Of a DNA stretch of 49,221 nt, positions 22,201-33,217 are shown in pieces. The notes under the pieces were generated by a model. The model worked only from the letters and a program-made list of their open reading frames with translations, was not told the origin of the DNA and did not search any database. A program made the translations under genes and the position numbers. The stretch lies in sequence record SRR31147125_5119. One strand, written 5' to 3'. Within the stretch, counting starts at the first letter, position 1. Each line of letters begins with the position of its first letter.

Positions 22201-23631
22201 TCAACTCTGCATAACATAGTCATTAGCTCCTTTTGCTGCCTGGCGTCCCTGATGTATTGCTCGTACAACGAGAGAGGCACCGGTAGCAGCATCTCCACCG
22301 GCAAATACTCCTTCAACACTCGTCATATAGTTGCTATCTGTTTTGATATTCCCTCTTTCATCCAATTTGAGATCAAAATCTTTCACTAATGATCCATGTT
22401 CAACATGTACAAAACCAGCGGATAAGAGAACCAGGTCTGCATTAATAGAAAATTCGGAATCAGGTATTTCGTCTACTTTGCATTTACCGTTTTCATCCGG
22501 TTCAGACCAGTTTAGTTTAGCAGCTTTAATATTTGTTACTTTACCATCTTGACCGACGAATTCTTTGGTTGAAATACTCCAATCTCGCGAGCATCCTTCT
22601 TCCTGAGAGCTGGACGTTCGAAGGATCTGTGGCCACGTGGGCCATGGATTTTCAGGCGTTCTCTCCAGGCGAGGCATTGGTAATAGCTCGATTTGAGTAA
22701 TTCGTGCGGCACCCTGCCTGTTACTGGTCCCGACACAATCCGAGCCGGTATCACCACCGCCAATGACAACAACCTGTTTATCCTTAGCGCAAATGCGGGA
22801 TTCTGGTGTAATTTCATCACCTGCGTTTATTTTGTTTTGTTGGGTTAAAAAATCCATAGCAAAATGTACGCCTTCCAACTCTCTTCCGGGAATTTTTAAA
22901 TCACGGGGTTCGGTTGCACCGGCAGTTATAATGATAGCATCAAAAGTGCGTTGAAGATAGCGGGCCGATATATCTTTACCAACCTGAACCCGTGTTTCAA
23001 AAATCACTCCTTCCTTTTGCATTTGTTCCAATCGACGGTCAATCACCCACTTTTCCAGTTTAAAATCCGGAATACCATATCTAAGAAGACCACCGATGCG
23101 GTCCGCTCGCTCGAAAACAACAACCTCATGGCCGGATCGAGAAAGTTGTTGCGCTGCAGCCAGGCCAGCTGGTCCGGAGCCGACAATGGCAACTTTTTTA
23201 CCTGATTTAAACGAAGCAGGCTCTGGTTTAATCCAACCTTCGCGCCAGCCACGCTCTATGATTTGCAATTCAATTTGTCTGATGGAAACAGGTGATTTGT
23301 CTATGGACAGAGTACATGCAGCTTCACATGGCGCAGGGCATACTCTGCCGGTAAATTCTGGAAAGTTGTCTGTTGAATGCAGAACCTCCAGTGCTTTTTG
23401 CCATTGATCACGATAGACGAGATCGTTCCAATCCGGAATACGATTTTGAACCGGACAACCATAAACATGGCAATGAGGTATACCACAATCCATGCAGCGT
23501 GCAGCCTGTTTTTGCAGACGATCTTGCGGTAATGGTTGGTCAAATTCTTTAAAATCATGTATTCTTAATGTAATAGAACGCTTTGGTGCGTTCTCACAAG
23601 TATATTCCATAAAACCAGTGTGTTTAGCCAT
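22201..23631 (-). CDS. gltD: Glutamate synthase small (beta) subunit
   Basis: RCMDCGIPHCH..GCP, FTGRVCPAPCEAAC, GSGPAG, GGGDTGSDC; overlaps the gltB stop by 8 nt. Confidence 0.97.
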   Translation of the reverse strand: MAKHTGFMEYTCENAPKRSITLRIHDFKEFDQPLPQDRLQKQAARCMDCGIPHCHVYGCPVQNRIPDWNDLVYRDQWQKALEVLHSTDNFPEFTGRVCPAPCEAACTLSIDKSPVSIRQIELQIIERGWREGWIKPEPASFKSGKKVAIVGSGPAGLAAAQQLSRSGHEVVVFERADRIGGLLRYGIPDFKLEKWVIDRRLEQMQKEGVIFETRVQVGKDISARYLQRTFDAIIITAGATEPRDLKIPGRELEGVHFAMDFLTQQNKINAGDEITPESRICAKDKQVVVIGGGDTGSDCVGTSNRQGAARITQIELLPMPRLERTPENPWPTWPQILRTSSSQEEGCSRDWSISTKEFVGQDGKVTNIKAAKLNWSEPDENGKCKVDEIPDSEFSINADLVLLSAGFVHVEHGSLVKDFDLKLDERGNIKTDSNYMTSVEGVFAGGDAATGASLVVRAIHQGRQAAKGANDYVMQS

Positions 23632-26600
23632 GATATACCTCCTCGGTAGCTGCGACAGTTTCCTGATACAAATCTTCGTCCAATTTCATTCTCTCAAGCG
23701 ATTTTCGATAATCAATCGGTATGACTTTGACAAAGAGTGGCAAGTGGGCTTCCCAGTTATCGAGGAGCATTTTTGCTCTTGGACTACCTGTATGTTTAAA
23801 ATGAGTTTCAATCATCGATTTTAATTCTGCTTTATCGTTTTGATCCCATACTGTTTCCAGATCAACCATGTCAAGATTACATTTTGTGTCAAATAATTCT
23901 GTTTCATCGTAAACATAAGCTATACCGCCACTCATTCCGGCCGCAAAGTTATTGCCTGTGGGACCAAGTACGACGACCATGCCGCCTGTCATATATTCAC
24001 AACCGTGATCTCCCACACCTTCGACAACAGCTTTGGCGCCACTGTTGCGTACTGCAAAACGTTCTCCGGCAATACCGTTAATATAAATTTCACCGCCAGT
24101 GGCACCATAGAGGACAACATTACCCACAATGATGTTATCATGAGGCCGAAAAGTGGATCCTTTTGGTGGAACAAGAATAATCTTTCCACCTGACATTGAT
24201 TTTCCCACGTAATCATTTGCATCGCCGGTTATCTTAAAGGTAACGCCCGGTGCCAGAAAAGCACCGAGACTCTGGCCTGCGGAGCCTTCAAAGTGAACAT
24301 TAATTGTATCCGCAGGCAAGCCTGCAGATCCAAATTGTTTAACGATTTCACCACTTAATAATGCACCGACCGTACGATGTATGTTACGGATATGTTTGTG
24401 TATTTCAACAGGTTGCTTTTCCGTAAAAGTGAGTTTCGCAGCCTGGATAAGCTCCTGATCCATTGCTCCATTATCACTCCTGTCCTGGGATTTTGTGCAA
24501 CGAAGCGTTCCTAATTTCCCGTTTTGACTGGGCATCAGTATGGGCGTAAGATCCAGGTTGCGTGCTTTCCAGTGTTCAATGGCCGGTTCCATTTCCAACA
24601 TGTCAACCCGGCCTACCATATCATCTATTGTTTTGAAGCCCATTTGGGCCATATATTCGCGTAATTCCTGAGCAATAAATTGCAAAAATCTGACAACATA
24701 TGCCGGATCGCCGGTAAATTTGGCCCGCAGTGCCGGATCCTGTGTGGCAACGCCTACCGGGCAGGTGTTCAGGTGGCATTTTCGCATCATAATACAGCCC
24801 AATGTGACAAGAACTGTGGTGCCGAAGCCGAATTCCTCCGCTCCTAAAAGGGTGGCGACAGCAAGGTCCCGACCGGTTTTAAGCTGGCCATCTGTTTGGA
24901 CTCTAATTCTTTCCCGCAAATGATTGCTGATTAAGGCTTGTTGTGTTTCCGCCAGCCCCAGTTCCCATGGCAAACCGGCGTGTTTAATTGAGCTCAAAGG
25001 AGAAGCACCTGTACCTCCGTCATGGCCTGCGATTAGAACCATATCGGATTTTGCCTTTGCAACACCCGCAGCAATTGTACCTACACCAACCTCAGATACG
25101 AGTTTAACTGAAACTCTGGCTTTGGGATTGACAGTTTTGAGATCATAGATTAATTGAGCCAAATCTTCGATAGAATAAATGTCATGATGAGGTGGAGGTG
25201 AGATGAGGGTAACACCCGGCGTTGTATGCCGAACGCGGGCAATTTCAGCACTTACTTTATGACCTGGTAACTGACCACCTTCACCGGGCTTGGCGCCCTG
25301 AGCGATTTTAATTTGGAGTTCATCTGCGTTTATTGCATATTCGGTTGTTACACCAAAACGACCTGATGCGATCTGTTTAATCGCTGATCTTTTCAGGTCT
25401 CCATTTGGCATTTTAATATAGCGAGCAGGATCTTCACCACCTTCTCCGGAGTTGCTCTTTCCGCCCAATCGGTTCATTGCAACAGCGATACTCTCGTGAG
25501 TTTCTTTGCTGATGGAGCCGAAGGACATCGCAGCTGTAGCGAATCTTTTTACTATATCTTCAACAGGTTCTACTTTATCAATAGGGATGGATTTCCCTTT
25601 TTTAAATCTGAATAAACTGCGCAGAGTGGCATGCTCTGCTGACTGATCGTCAATGAGCTTTGTGTATTCTTTAAATATCTTATAATTATCTGTCCGCGTG
25701 GCCTGTTGCAGTTTGTAAATAGCTTCGGATGTCCACAAATGTTTTTCACCATTGACTCTTGCGTGATAAGCTCCACCCACATCCAATAATTTTTCCGGCA
25801 ATTTTCCAAGCGGAAAACCACGTCGATGTTTGATGCATGCTTCTTTTGCAATTTCATTGAGACCGATTCCGCTCACCCTGGATGCTGTGCCAGTAAAATA
25901 TTTTTCAGTAACCTCTTTACTCAGGCCAATAGCTTCAAATATTTGTGAACCAAAAAAGCTGTGTATGGTTGAAATGCCCATACGGCTCAGGGTTTTAAGC
26001 AATCCTTTTTTGATGGCCGTTATATACGAATCCATGGCCATTTCAGGTGTTTTTTGCACCTCAAGCATGTTTGTTGATGCCATATCGTGTACCGTTTTAA
26101 AGGCCAGGTAAGGACAAATGGCATCGACTCCATAGCCAACCAGGAGCGCATACTGCATAACCTCTCTCGCTTCACCTGTTTCAATGATAATACCGGCAAA
26201 CGTTCGTAACCCTTCACGAGTCAAGTGATGGTGCAGGCCAGCAACAGCTAATAGTGCAGGAATAGGGGCATTATTTTCATTTATATTTTTATCGGTCAGG
26301 ATTAAAAGTGTGGCACCATCCTTAATATGTTTTTCAGCCTGCCTGAAAACATTATCCAGTGCCTCCTCTAACACGTTTCCATCGCTGTCGGCAGGAAAAA
26401 GAATATCAATATTTTTTGATAAAAGTTCGGGATTCTTGTTTTCTCTGATTCGGGTCATATCCGCACGGGTCAGGATGGGATGATTTAATTTAAGGCCTCT
26501 GAAATGTTCCGGTGTCTCGACCAGGAAATTGTTTTCACGTCCGACAAAACTTTCAAGAGACATGACAAGTTCTTCACGAAGGGGATCGATTGGAGGATTG

Positions 26601-28200
26601 GTCACCTGGGCGAATAATTGTTTAAAATATGAAAACATAGATTGGGGTCTATTGGACAGAACAGCTAGAGATGCATCGTTTCCCATTGAACCAATAGGCT
26701 CTTGTCCACGGGAAGCCATTGGCGCAATGATCATTTTGAGTTCTTCATCAGTATAACCGAACGCGTGTTGTTGTTGTTTCAATTCCTCCTGGTTTTCAAC
26801 TGCCGGGCTCTCTGCCGGAGTAAATAAACCACGTAATTCAATCAAATTATCTTTAATCCAGCGACGATAAGGGCGTCTTCTGGAGATTTTTGCTTTAATG
26901 TCATTGTCAGGCACGATTCTGTTTTGAAGCAGATCCACAAGAAACATTTTTCCAGGCTGCAATCGGCCGCGTTTTAATATTTTTTCTGCCGGGAATTCCA
27001 GAACACCTGTCTCAGACGCCATGACGATTAGCCCACTTTTTGTTAAAGTGTAACGTGCCGGTCTCAGGCCGTTTCGATCCAACGTGGCACCAATATAACG
27101 TCCATCTGTGTAAGCAAGCGCAGCCGGTCCGTCCCATGGCTCCATCAAGGCAGAATGATATTCATAAAAAGCTCTTTTGCTTCACTTAATTTCATTTTTG
27201 GACCGTATGCTTCAGGTACCATCATCATCATGGCGTGAGGCAATGAACGACCGGCTAAAACAATAAGCTCAAGGGCATTATCCAAAATAGCAGAGTCACT
27301 GCCGTTTTCGATAAGGATGGGTTTTATTTTGTCAATATCATCACCAATAAGATCGGATTTTATTATGGCTTCCCGTGCCTTCATTCGGTTGATATTACCG
27401 CGCAGGGTATTAATTTCACCATTATGAGCCAGGTAACGAAATGGTTGGGCCAGGTTCCAGGTTGGCAAGGTATTGGTGCTGTATCGCTGATGAACAAGTG
27501 CAAATGCTGCTTTGAAATGCTCATCGTTTAAATCTTCATAGTAAACAGGTATTTGAGTTCCTGTTAAAAGTCCTTTATAAATAATGGTCCTGCTTGAAAA
27601 ACTGGAAATGTAGAATTGGCTTGAATCAACGGCATTCCATTCTGCCACTTCTTTTTCGACCAATCTTCGAATGACATATAATTTTCGTTCGAACTGGGCC
27701 CTATCCCACTTTCCTCGGGAAATAAATAATTGTGCGGTGGTTGGTTCCGTGGACAGGGCTAGTTTTCCGAGATGGCTGTTTGTAATCGGCACAGTGCGCC
27801 AACCTAAAATTTCACAGCCCTCATCAAGTACATTTTTTTCAAATGCTTTTTTGCATTTATATTCCAGCTGCTTGTCAATGGGCAAAAAAACCATTGCGAC
27901 AGCGTAATCCCCATGTTCCGGGAGGGTAAAATCCAGATCCCGGGTTCTAAAAAATTCATCAGGCATTTGTAATAATAGACCGGCACCATCCCCTGTAGAT
28001 TTATCTCCACCTACAGCGCCACGATGTTCCAGATTGATTAAAACCTGAATAGAGTTCGAGACGATGGAATGATCCGGGATGCCATCAATCCGGGCAACAA
28101 ATCCGACTCCGCAGCTATCATGATCGTTGGCAGGATCATAGAGTCCATAAGGTTGAGTGAAACCAGCGGCATTATATCGTGAATTAGATTTTGTTGACAT
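23624..28200 (-). CDS. gltB: Glutamate synthase large (alpha) subunit, about 1525 aa; split by one apparent frameshift
   Basis: HDSCGVGF catalytic Cys, HQRYSTNT, AHNGEINT, EPWDGPA, QGAKPGEGGQLPG, CIMMRKCHLNTC. ORFs join (EAKRAFYEYHSALMEPWDG) with one base added to the T4 run at 27175-27178. Confidence 0.97.
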
Positions 28201-28366
28201 ATGTGTTTTCCTTGCTATTCTAAATTAATAAAGATTTTGATTGGTTGTTGTAAAAACGTGAAATACAAACGCTTTTAGAAATTGGTCTGTTTTTTTTAAT
28301 GACACTTTATCATTAAAGACACTTTTGGCACTATTTGTTCCTCTCAAAAAAATGTTGCGAATGTGG

Positions 28367-28628
28367 AAAAAGCCGCGTCCATAGGGACGCGTAAGAAGGC
28401 AAGCTAAATTATAGCAATACGAGAGTTTAGACGCGTCATGCAGTCAACGGGGCTTTTCAAAGTTACCTCTTTTAAGCACTTTCGAAAGGGTGGTGTCTTT
28501 GAAAAGGATTTTGAAATCCGAATCCTAATAAATATATGAATATTTGTATTCATGCCTTATTTAGTTAGGGCTAATAGCTGTTGTAGTTAATATATTTACA
28601 AATATAGCAGGATAATTTAAAAAAACAA
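28367..28628 (-). promoter_or_regulatory. Promoter and structured attenuator/riboswitch-like leader of gltBD
   Basis: TTGTTT-16-TATATT (28628-28601); 10-bp stem 28506-28497/28462-28453; terminator CGCGTCC-ctat-GGACGCG-gcTTTTT (28391-28367); upstream segments complementary to both terminator arms; 49-codon ORF 28553-28404. Confidence 0.65.
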
Positions 28629-28713
28629 GATATTTTCTGATAAATTATTTTAGAATAAGCATTTTTGGCAGGTTTTTCAGAGTAAAAGGATTACTGAAGC
28701 TATAAAATGATGA

Positions 28714-28746
28714 TAGAAAAACAGCCTAAAAAAGGCTGTTTTTCTA
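28714..28746 (-). terminator. Intrinsic terminator of the TPR gene
   Basis: TAGAAAAACAGCCT-N5-AGGCTGTTTTTCTA perfect 14-bp inverted repeat 43 nt after the stop codon. Confidence 0.85.
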
Positions 28747-28789
28747 CAAGAGGTGAATGTATCAAAATGTTCAGGTATATATGTTTTAT

Positions 28790-29563
28790 TTATTTAAGTT
28801 TTTTAAGGACCTTTTTTAATCGCTCCTGTGCAGTGGTCTTATGGTCCTGATCGTCAAATTCTGTTGACGGGAGTTCGGCAATTTTTTCATATTCCGTTTT
28901 CGCCAATTGCCATTCTTTAAGCGATTCAAATGTGATTCCCAACTCGAGGTGATGATTAATGTAATTAGGATTGATCTCAATAGCTTTATTGAAATGTTCT
29001 ACAGCGGTCTCTTTGTCAGCGGGTGGTAAACCGCCGTACAATACTTTCGCAAATGCTTTGAGGATACCACTCAAACTGGCAACTTCTCTGTGCCAGCGGG
29101 CAAGCACATGGTGAGCAATGTCTTTGTTCGGATCCAATTCTAATGCTTTTTCTGCTTCCGTTTTAACCTCATTGGATAATTCAACTTTTTTCTTTCCTCC
29201 CTCCAAAAGCGCAACACGCCCTACAGCAATGGCCAGGGATAGGTGGGCATCTGAATTGTTTTGACATTTTTCCACGGCCATACGTGCGAATTTTTCACCT
29301 AAAAAATAATGTTGTTTTTTCAAAGTTTTGTCAGCTACTTCTCCAAGATCAATGTGGCCTCGGGAAATTTTCCACATAGCCTCACAATTGTCAGGATCAA
29401 TATTGTGAGCTCTTTGGTAGTTATTTAACGCTGTTTGATTGTCAAAACTGTCAAATGCGGCATCACCCTTGGCAAGGTATTCTTCAACGGTGGCAGTTGT
29501 TGTTTGTTGTGCGGCAGCGATGCCCGCAAACAAAATGAAAGCAAAGAATATACACCTTTTCAT
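28790..29563 (-). CDS. Secreted tetratricopeptide-repeat protein
   Basis: Signal peptide ending AAA-Q; TPR turns AHNIDPDN, ALELDPNK, AIEINPNY; GGAGGGAG ribosome-binding site. Confidence 0.85.
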   Translation of the reverse strand: MKRCIFFAFILFAGIAAAQQTTTATVEEYLAKGDAAFDSFDNQTALNNYQRAHNIDPDNCEAMWKISRGHIDLGEVADKTLKKQHYFLGEKFARMAVEKCQNNSDAHLSLAIAVGRVALLEGGKKKVELSNEVKTEAEKALELDPNKDIAHHVLARWHREVASLSGILKAFAKVLYGGLPPADKETAVEHFNKAIEINPNYINHHLELGITFESLKEWQLAKTEYEKIAELPSTEFDDQDHKTTAQERLKKVLKKLK

Positions 29564-29608
29564 AGTCTCCCTCCTCTGTATTATGTGTATGTATAGCCCT
29601 ATATTTTT

Positions 29609-29637
29609 AGTCTAATGGTTTTTTCGTACAATGTCAA
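29609..29637 (-). promoter_or_regulatory. Sigma70-type promoter of the TPR gene
   Basis: TTGACA-17-TAGACT. Confidence 0.6.
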
Positions 29638-29837
29638 ATTATTTTTGCATTTTTTTAAGGTGATACCGAATTTACTTTTCTATGCAATGTAGAATCTTTA
29701 TATTATGTGTTTGCAATAAAATTGATTGAACTTTTATCATGTTTGACACTTTTAGAATACATGAAATTTTAATTGTGCATATATGGTTAATTTGTATCTA
29801 ACAAGTAGGAATTAATAATAATAACCAAAAGTGAACC

Positions 29838-32658
29838 ATGTCTGAAAAAGATAAAATAGTAATTCGGGGAGCCCGTGAACATAATCTTAAAAATATTGAT
29901 CTTGAAATTCCACGTGACAAGTTAGTTGTTATTACCGGATTATCCGGATCAGGGAAATCGTCATTAGCATTTGATACTATTTATGCAGAGGGTCAACGGC
30001 GATACGTAGAATCCTTATCTGCATATGCTCGCCAGTTTCTGGGTTTGATGGAAAAACCGGATGTTGATTATATTGAAGGTCTTTCTCCAGCCATCTCAAT
30101 CGAACAGCGTTCTACCAGTAAAAATCCGCGTTCGACAGTTGGAACTGTGACTGAAATTTATGATTATTTACGTCTCCTTTTTAGCAGAGTCGGTGTACCT
30201 TATTGTTACAATTGTGGCAATATGATAGAAAAGCAGTCGGTTCAACAGATTGTGGATCAGGTTATATCTTTACCCCAAAAAACAAAAATTCAAATTCTGG
30301 CTCCCATTGTACGGGGTCGCAAGGGCGAATATAAGGATGTCTTTGAAGAAGCAAAACGTGATGGATTTGTCCGGATCCGGGTTGATGGTGAAATAAAAGA
30401 TCTTGACACAGAGATTAAACTGGATAAACAAAAAAAGCACAACCTGGAAATTGTTATTGATAGATTGATCGTCAGTGATAAAATACATTCCCGCCTGACA
30501 GATTCCATTGAAACGGCACTCGGTCTTGCCTCTGGCATTGTGCTGGTTGATGTTGTGGGGGGAAAAGAATTATTGTTCAGTGAAAATTATGCGTGTCTAA
30601 AGTGCAGTATATCTTATGAAGAGTTGGCACCACGAATGTTTTCGTTTAATTCACCCTATGGAGCCTGTCCTACATGTAATGGCCTGGGAACAAAAATGGA
30701 GATAGATTCCGATCTCATTATTCCTGATAAGACGGTTCCTCTTGATAAAGGTGCCATTGCACCATGGGGTGAGACAAAGGAGGGATGGTATCTGACCCTT
30801 GTCACAGGCGTCGTGGAAAAGTATGGTTATGATTTATCGAATTCTTTTGCAGAACTTTCCAATGAGTGTCAGGATGCGCTATTATTCGGCACAGCGGATG
30901 AAATAGAATTTAAATACAAATCCAAAAATGGGAATCACAAAGGCGTTTTTCGCAACAAGTTTGAAGGAATTATTGGCAATTTAGAAAGACGTTATCACCA
31001 GACGAATTCAGCCCATGTGCGGGAGTGGATTGAAAGCTTTATGCGGGTTATAGAGTGTCCGGAGTGTGGTGGCGCTCGTTTAAAAGCGGAAGCCAGATCA
31101 GTGAAAATTGGAGATTACGCGATTCATGATGTGGTGAGGATGTCTATCAAGAGAGCCCAGGACTTTTTCGGGATATTACACTGAACGAACGTAATTTGAT
31201 TATTGCTCACCAGATATTAAAGGAAATCAGAGAAAGACTCGGATTTTTGGTCAATGTAGGTCTGGATTATTTAACCCTTAACCGGGCGGCAGGAACCTTG
31301 TCCGGAGGTGAAGCGCAGAGAATACGATTAGCCACTCAGATTGGTTCTCAGTTGGTTGGTGTGTTATATATTTTAGACGAACCCTCTATAGGGCTTCATC
31401 AGCGGGATAATCGACGATTAATTGATACACTGGTTCATTTAAGAGATCTTGGCAACTCTGTGATTGTGGTGGAGCATGACCAGGAAACCATTGAAAAAGC
31501 GGATTATTTGATTGATCTTGGTCCGGGTGCTGGTGAACATGGGGGGCAAGTCGTGGCTTCAGGTTCGCCTAAGGAAATTGAACAAAATGTAAACTCGATA
31601 ACAGGGGATTATTTGGCTGGAAGAAAATCGATTCCGATTCCAACTAAAAGAAGAATCGATAATGGAAAGTGGATAAAAGTAAAGGGTGCCAGTGGTAATA
31701 ACCTGAAACATGTTGAATTGAAAATTCCATTAGGCTTGTTTACCTGCGTAACCGGTGTGTCCGGAAGCGGGAAAAGCAGCATTATAAATGAAACGCTTTA
31801 TCCGATTTTGTGTCAAAAACTTTATCGCAGCAAACAGGATCCTCTGCCATATGATACGATTGATGGATTGGATCTTATTGATAAGGTTATTGATATTGAT
31901 CAGTCTCCCATCGGCAGGACGCCACGTAGTAATCCTGCTACCTATACAGGGCTATTCACCCATATTCGGGATCTTTTTTCACAATTATCCGAAGCTAAAA
32001 TTCGTGGCTACAAACCAGGTCGGTTTAGTTTTAATGTCAAAGGTGGTCGCTGTGAAGCGTGCCAGGGGGATGGCATTATAAAAATAGAAATGCATTTTTT
32101 ACCAGATGTATATGTCAGGTGTGAAGTGTGTAAAGGTTCACGTTACAACAGAGAAACGCTGGAAATCAAGTATAAAGGTAAATCCATTTCTGACATTCTG
32201 GATATGACGGTTTCTCAGGCCCTTGAATTTTTTCATAATATCCCAACTATTAAGCGAAAGTTAAAAACATTATATGACGTAGGTCTTGGTTATATACGAT
32301 TGGGACAGCAGGCAACAACCCTTTCCGGTGGGGAAGCGCAACGTGTAAAACTGGCTACGGAACTCTCGAAATTGAGCACGGGAAAACCCTTTATATCCTT
32401 GATGAGCCTACGACTGGTCTTCATTTTGAGGATATAAAAATGCTTCTCACCGTTTTAAATAGACTTGTTGACAAAGGGAATACCATTATTGTCATAGAAC
32501 ATCATATGGATGTCATTAAAACAGCTGATTATATCATTGATCTCGGTCCGGAGGGTGGTGATGATGGGGGCCAGATAGTGGCTATGGGAACACCTGAAGA
32601 ACTGGCAAAATCCCGGAAATCTTATACAGGCCAGTTCCTGGCAAAGGAATTTGTATAG
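29838..32658 (+). CDS. uvrA: Excinuclease ABC subunit A, about 940 aa; split by two apparent frameshifts
   Basis: [18 protein letters not shown], zinc fingers, LSGGEAQR twice, GVSGSGKSS. Three ORFs join with one base added at 31164-31172 (T5 or G3 run) and one at 32383-32386 (A4 run, restoring [16 protein letters not shown]). Confidence 0.97.
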
Positions 32659-32713
32659 TCGTATTTAACAGATGGGAAAACGGGTTTCGCGTGGCTTTTA
32701 AGAAAGAATATAA

Positions 32714-32743
32714 AAAAAGGACAAACTTTTGTTTGTCCTTTTT
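32714..32743. terminator. Bidirectional terminator between uvrA and tRNA-Lys
   Basis: AAAAAGGACAAAC-tttt-GTTTGTCCTTTTT perfect 13-bp inverted repeat. Confidence 0.9.
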
Positions 32744-32751
32744 CACTAGAG

Positions 32752-32825
32752 TGAGGATGGCGGGAATCGAACCCACGACCGACGGCTTAAAAGGCCGCTG
32801 CTCTACCTAGCTGAGCTACATCCTC
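32752..32825 (-). tRNA. tRNA-Lys(UUU), CCA not encoded
   Basis: GAGGATG/CATCCTC acceptor stem, D-arm GCTCAGCTAGGTAGAGC, anticodon loop CTTTTAA, T-loop GGTTCGATTCC, discriminator A followed by CTC. Confidence 0.97.
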
Positions 32826-32839
32826 GAATTGTAGACGCC

Positions 32840-32868
32840 AATATAAAGATTTCATTTGTAACAAGCAA
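32840..32868 (-). promoter_or_regulatory. tRNA promoter with GC-rich discriminator
   Basis: TTGCTT-17-TATATT followed by GGCGTC. Confidence 0.65.
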
Positions 32869-33217
32869 TAAAAAAATCTTTTAAAATGGCCTGTTTTTGG
32901 TTTTTATTTGTCTGGGTATTGTAAATTAGTCACTTAGCCTGTGTGAGAAATAAAAATAATAATAATAATTTGAAAATGAGACTGATTTCAGTGCTTTGGT
33001 CTTTTTTTTAATTAACATGGGCTCCAATTTACATGTTGGAAATGCATCATTCAGAACATAAATACTTTTTGAGTTCTGCATTTTTTTTAATATAATGTTA
33101 GTGGAATTTTTAGTTTTCTTTATCGAAAATAAAAAAGCATTTTACCTAAAAAAGTTAGCTCGTTTCTCACCTGTATAACTGATGATTTTAAATGGAAATA
33201 AAAGGAGTTGTTTTTAT

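Noticed and set aside
28327-28340. Sigma54 promoter TGGCAC... near gltB
   Set aside because: Wrong strand and no GC at the -12 position.
28483-28497. T-box-like AAAGGGTGGTGTC in the gltB leader
   Set aside because: It lies on the non-coding strand relative to gltB, lacks ACC after UGGN, and has no specifier stem.
28446-28530. ykkC/ppGpp riboswitch assignment (UAGGAUUCGG, ACACC and AAAAGCCCCG look-alikes)
   Set aside because: Only short fragments resemble the consensus and they pair differently; left unassigned pending an Rfam search.
29564-29837. LexA/SOS box upstream of uvrA
   Set aside because: No match to the CTGT-N8-ACAG or GAAC-N4-GTTC boxes, and no palindrome shared with the recQ upstream region that I could see.
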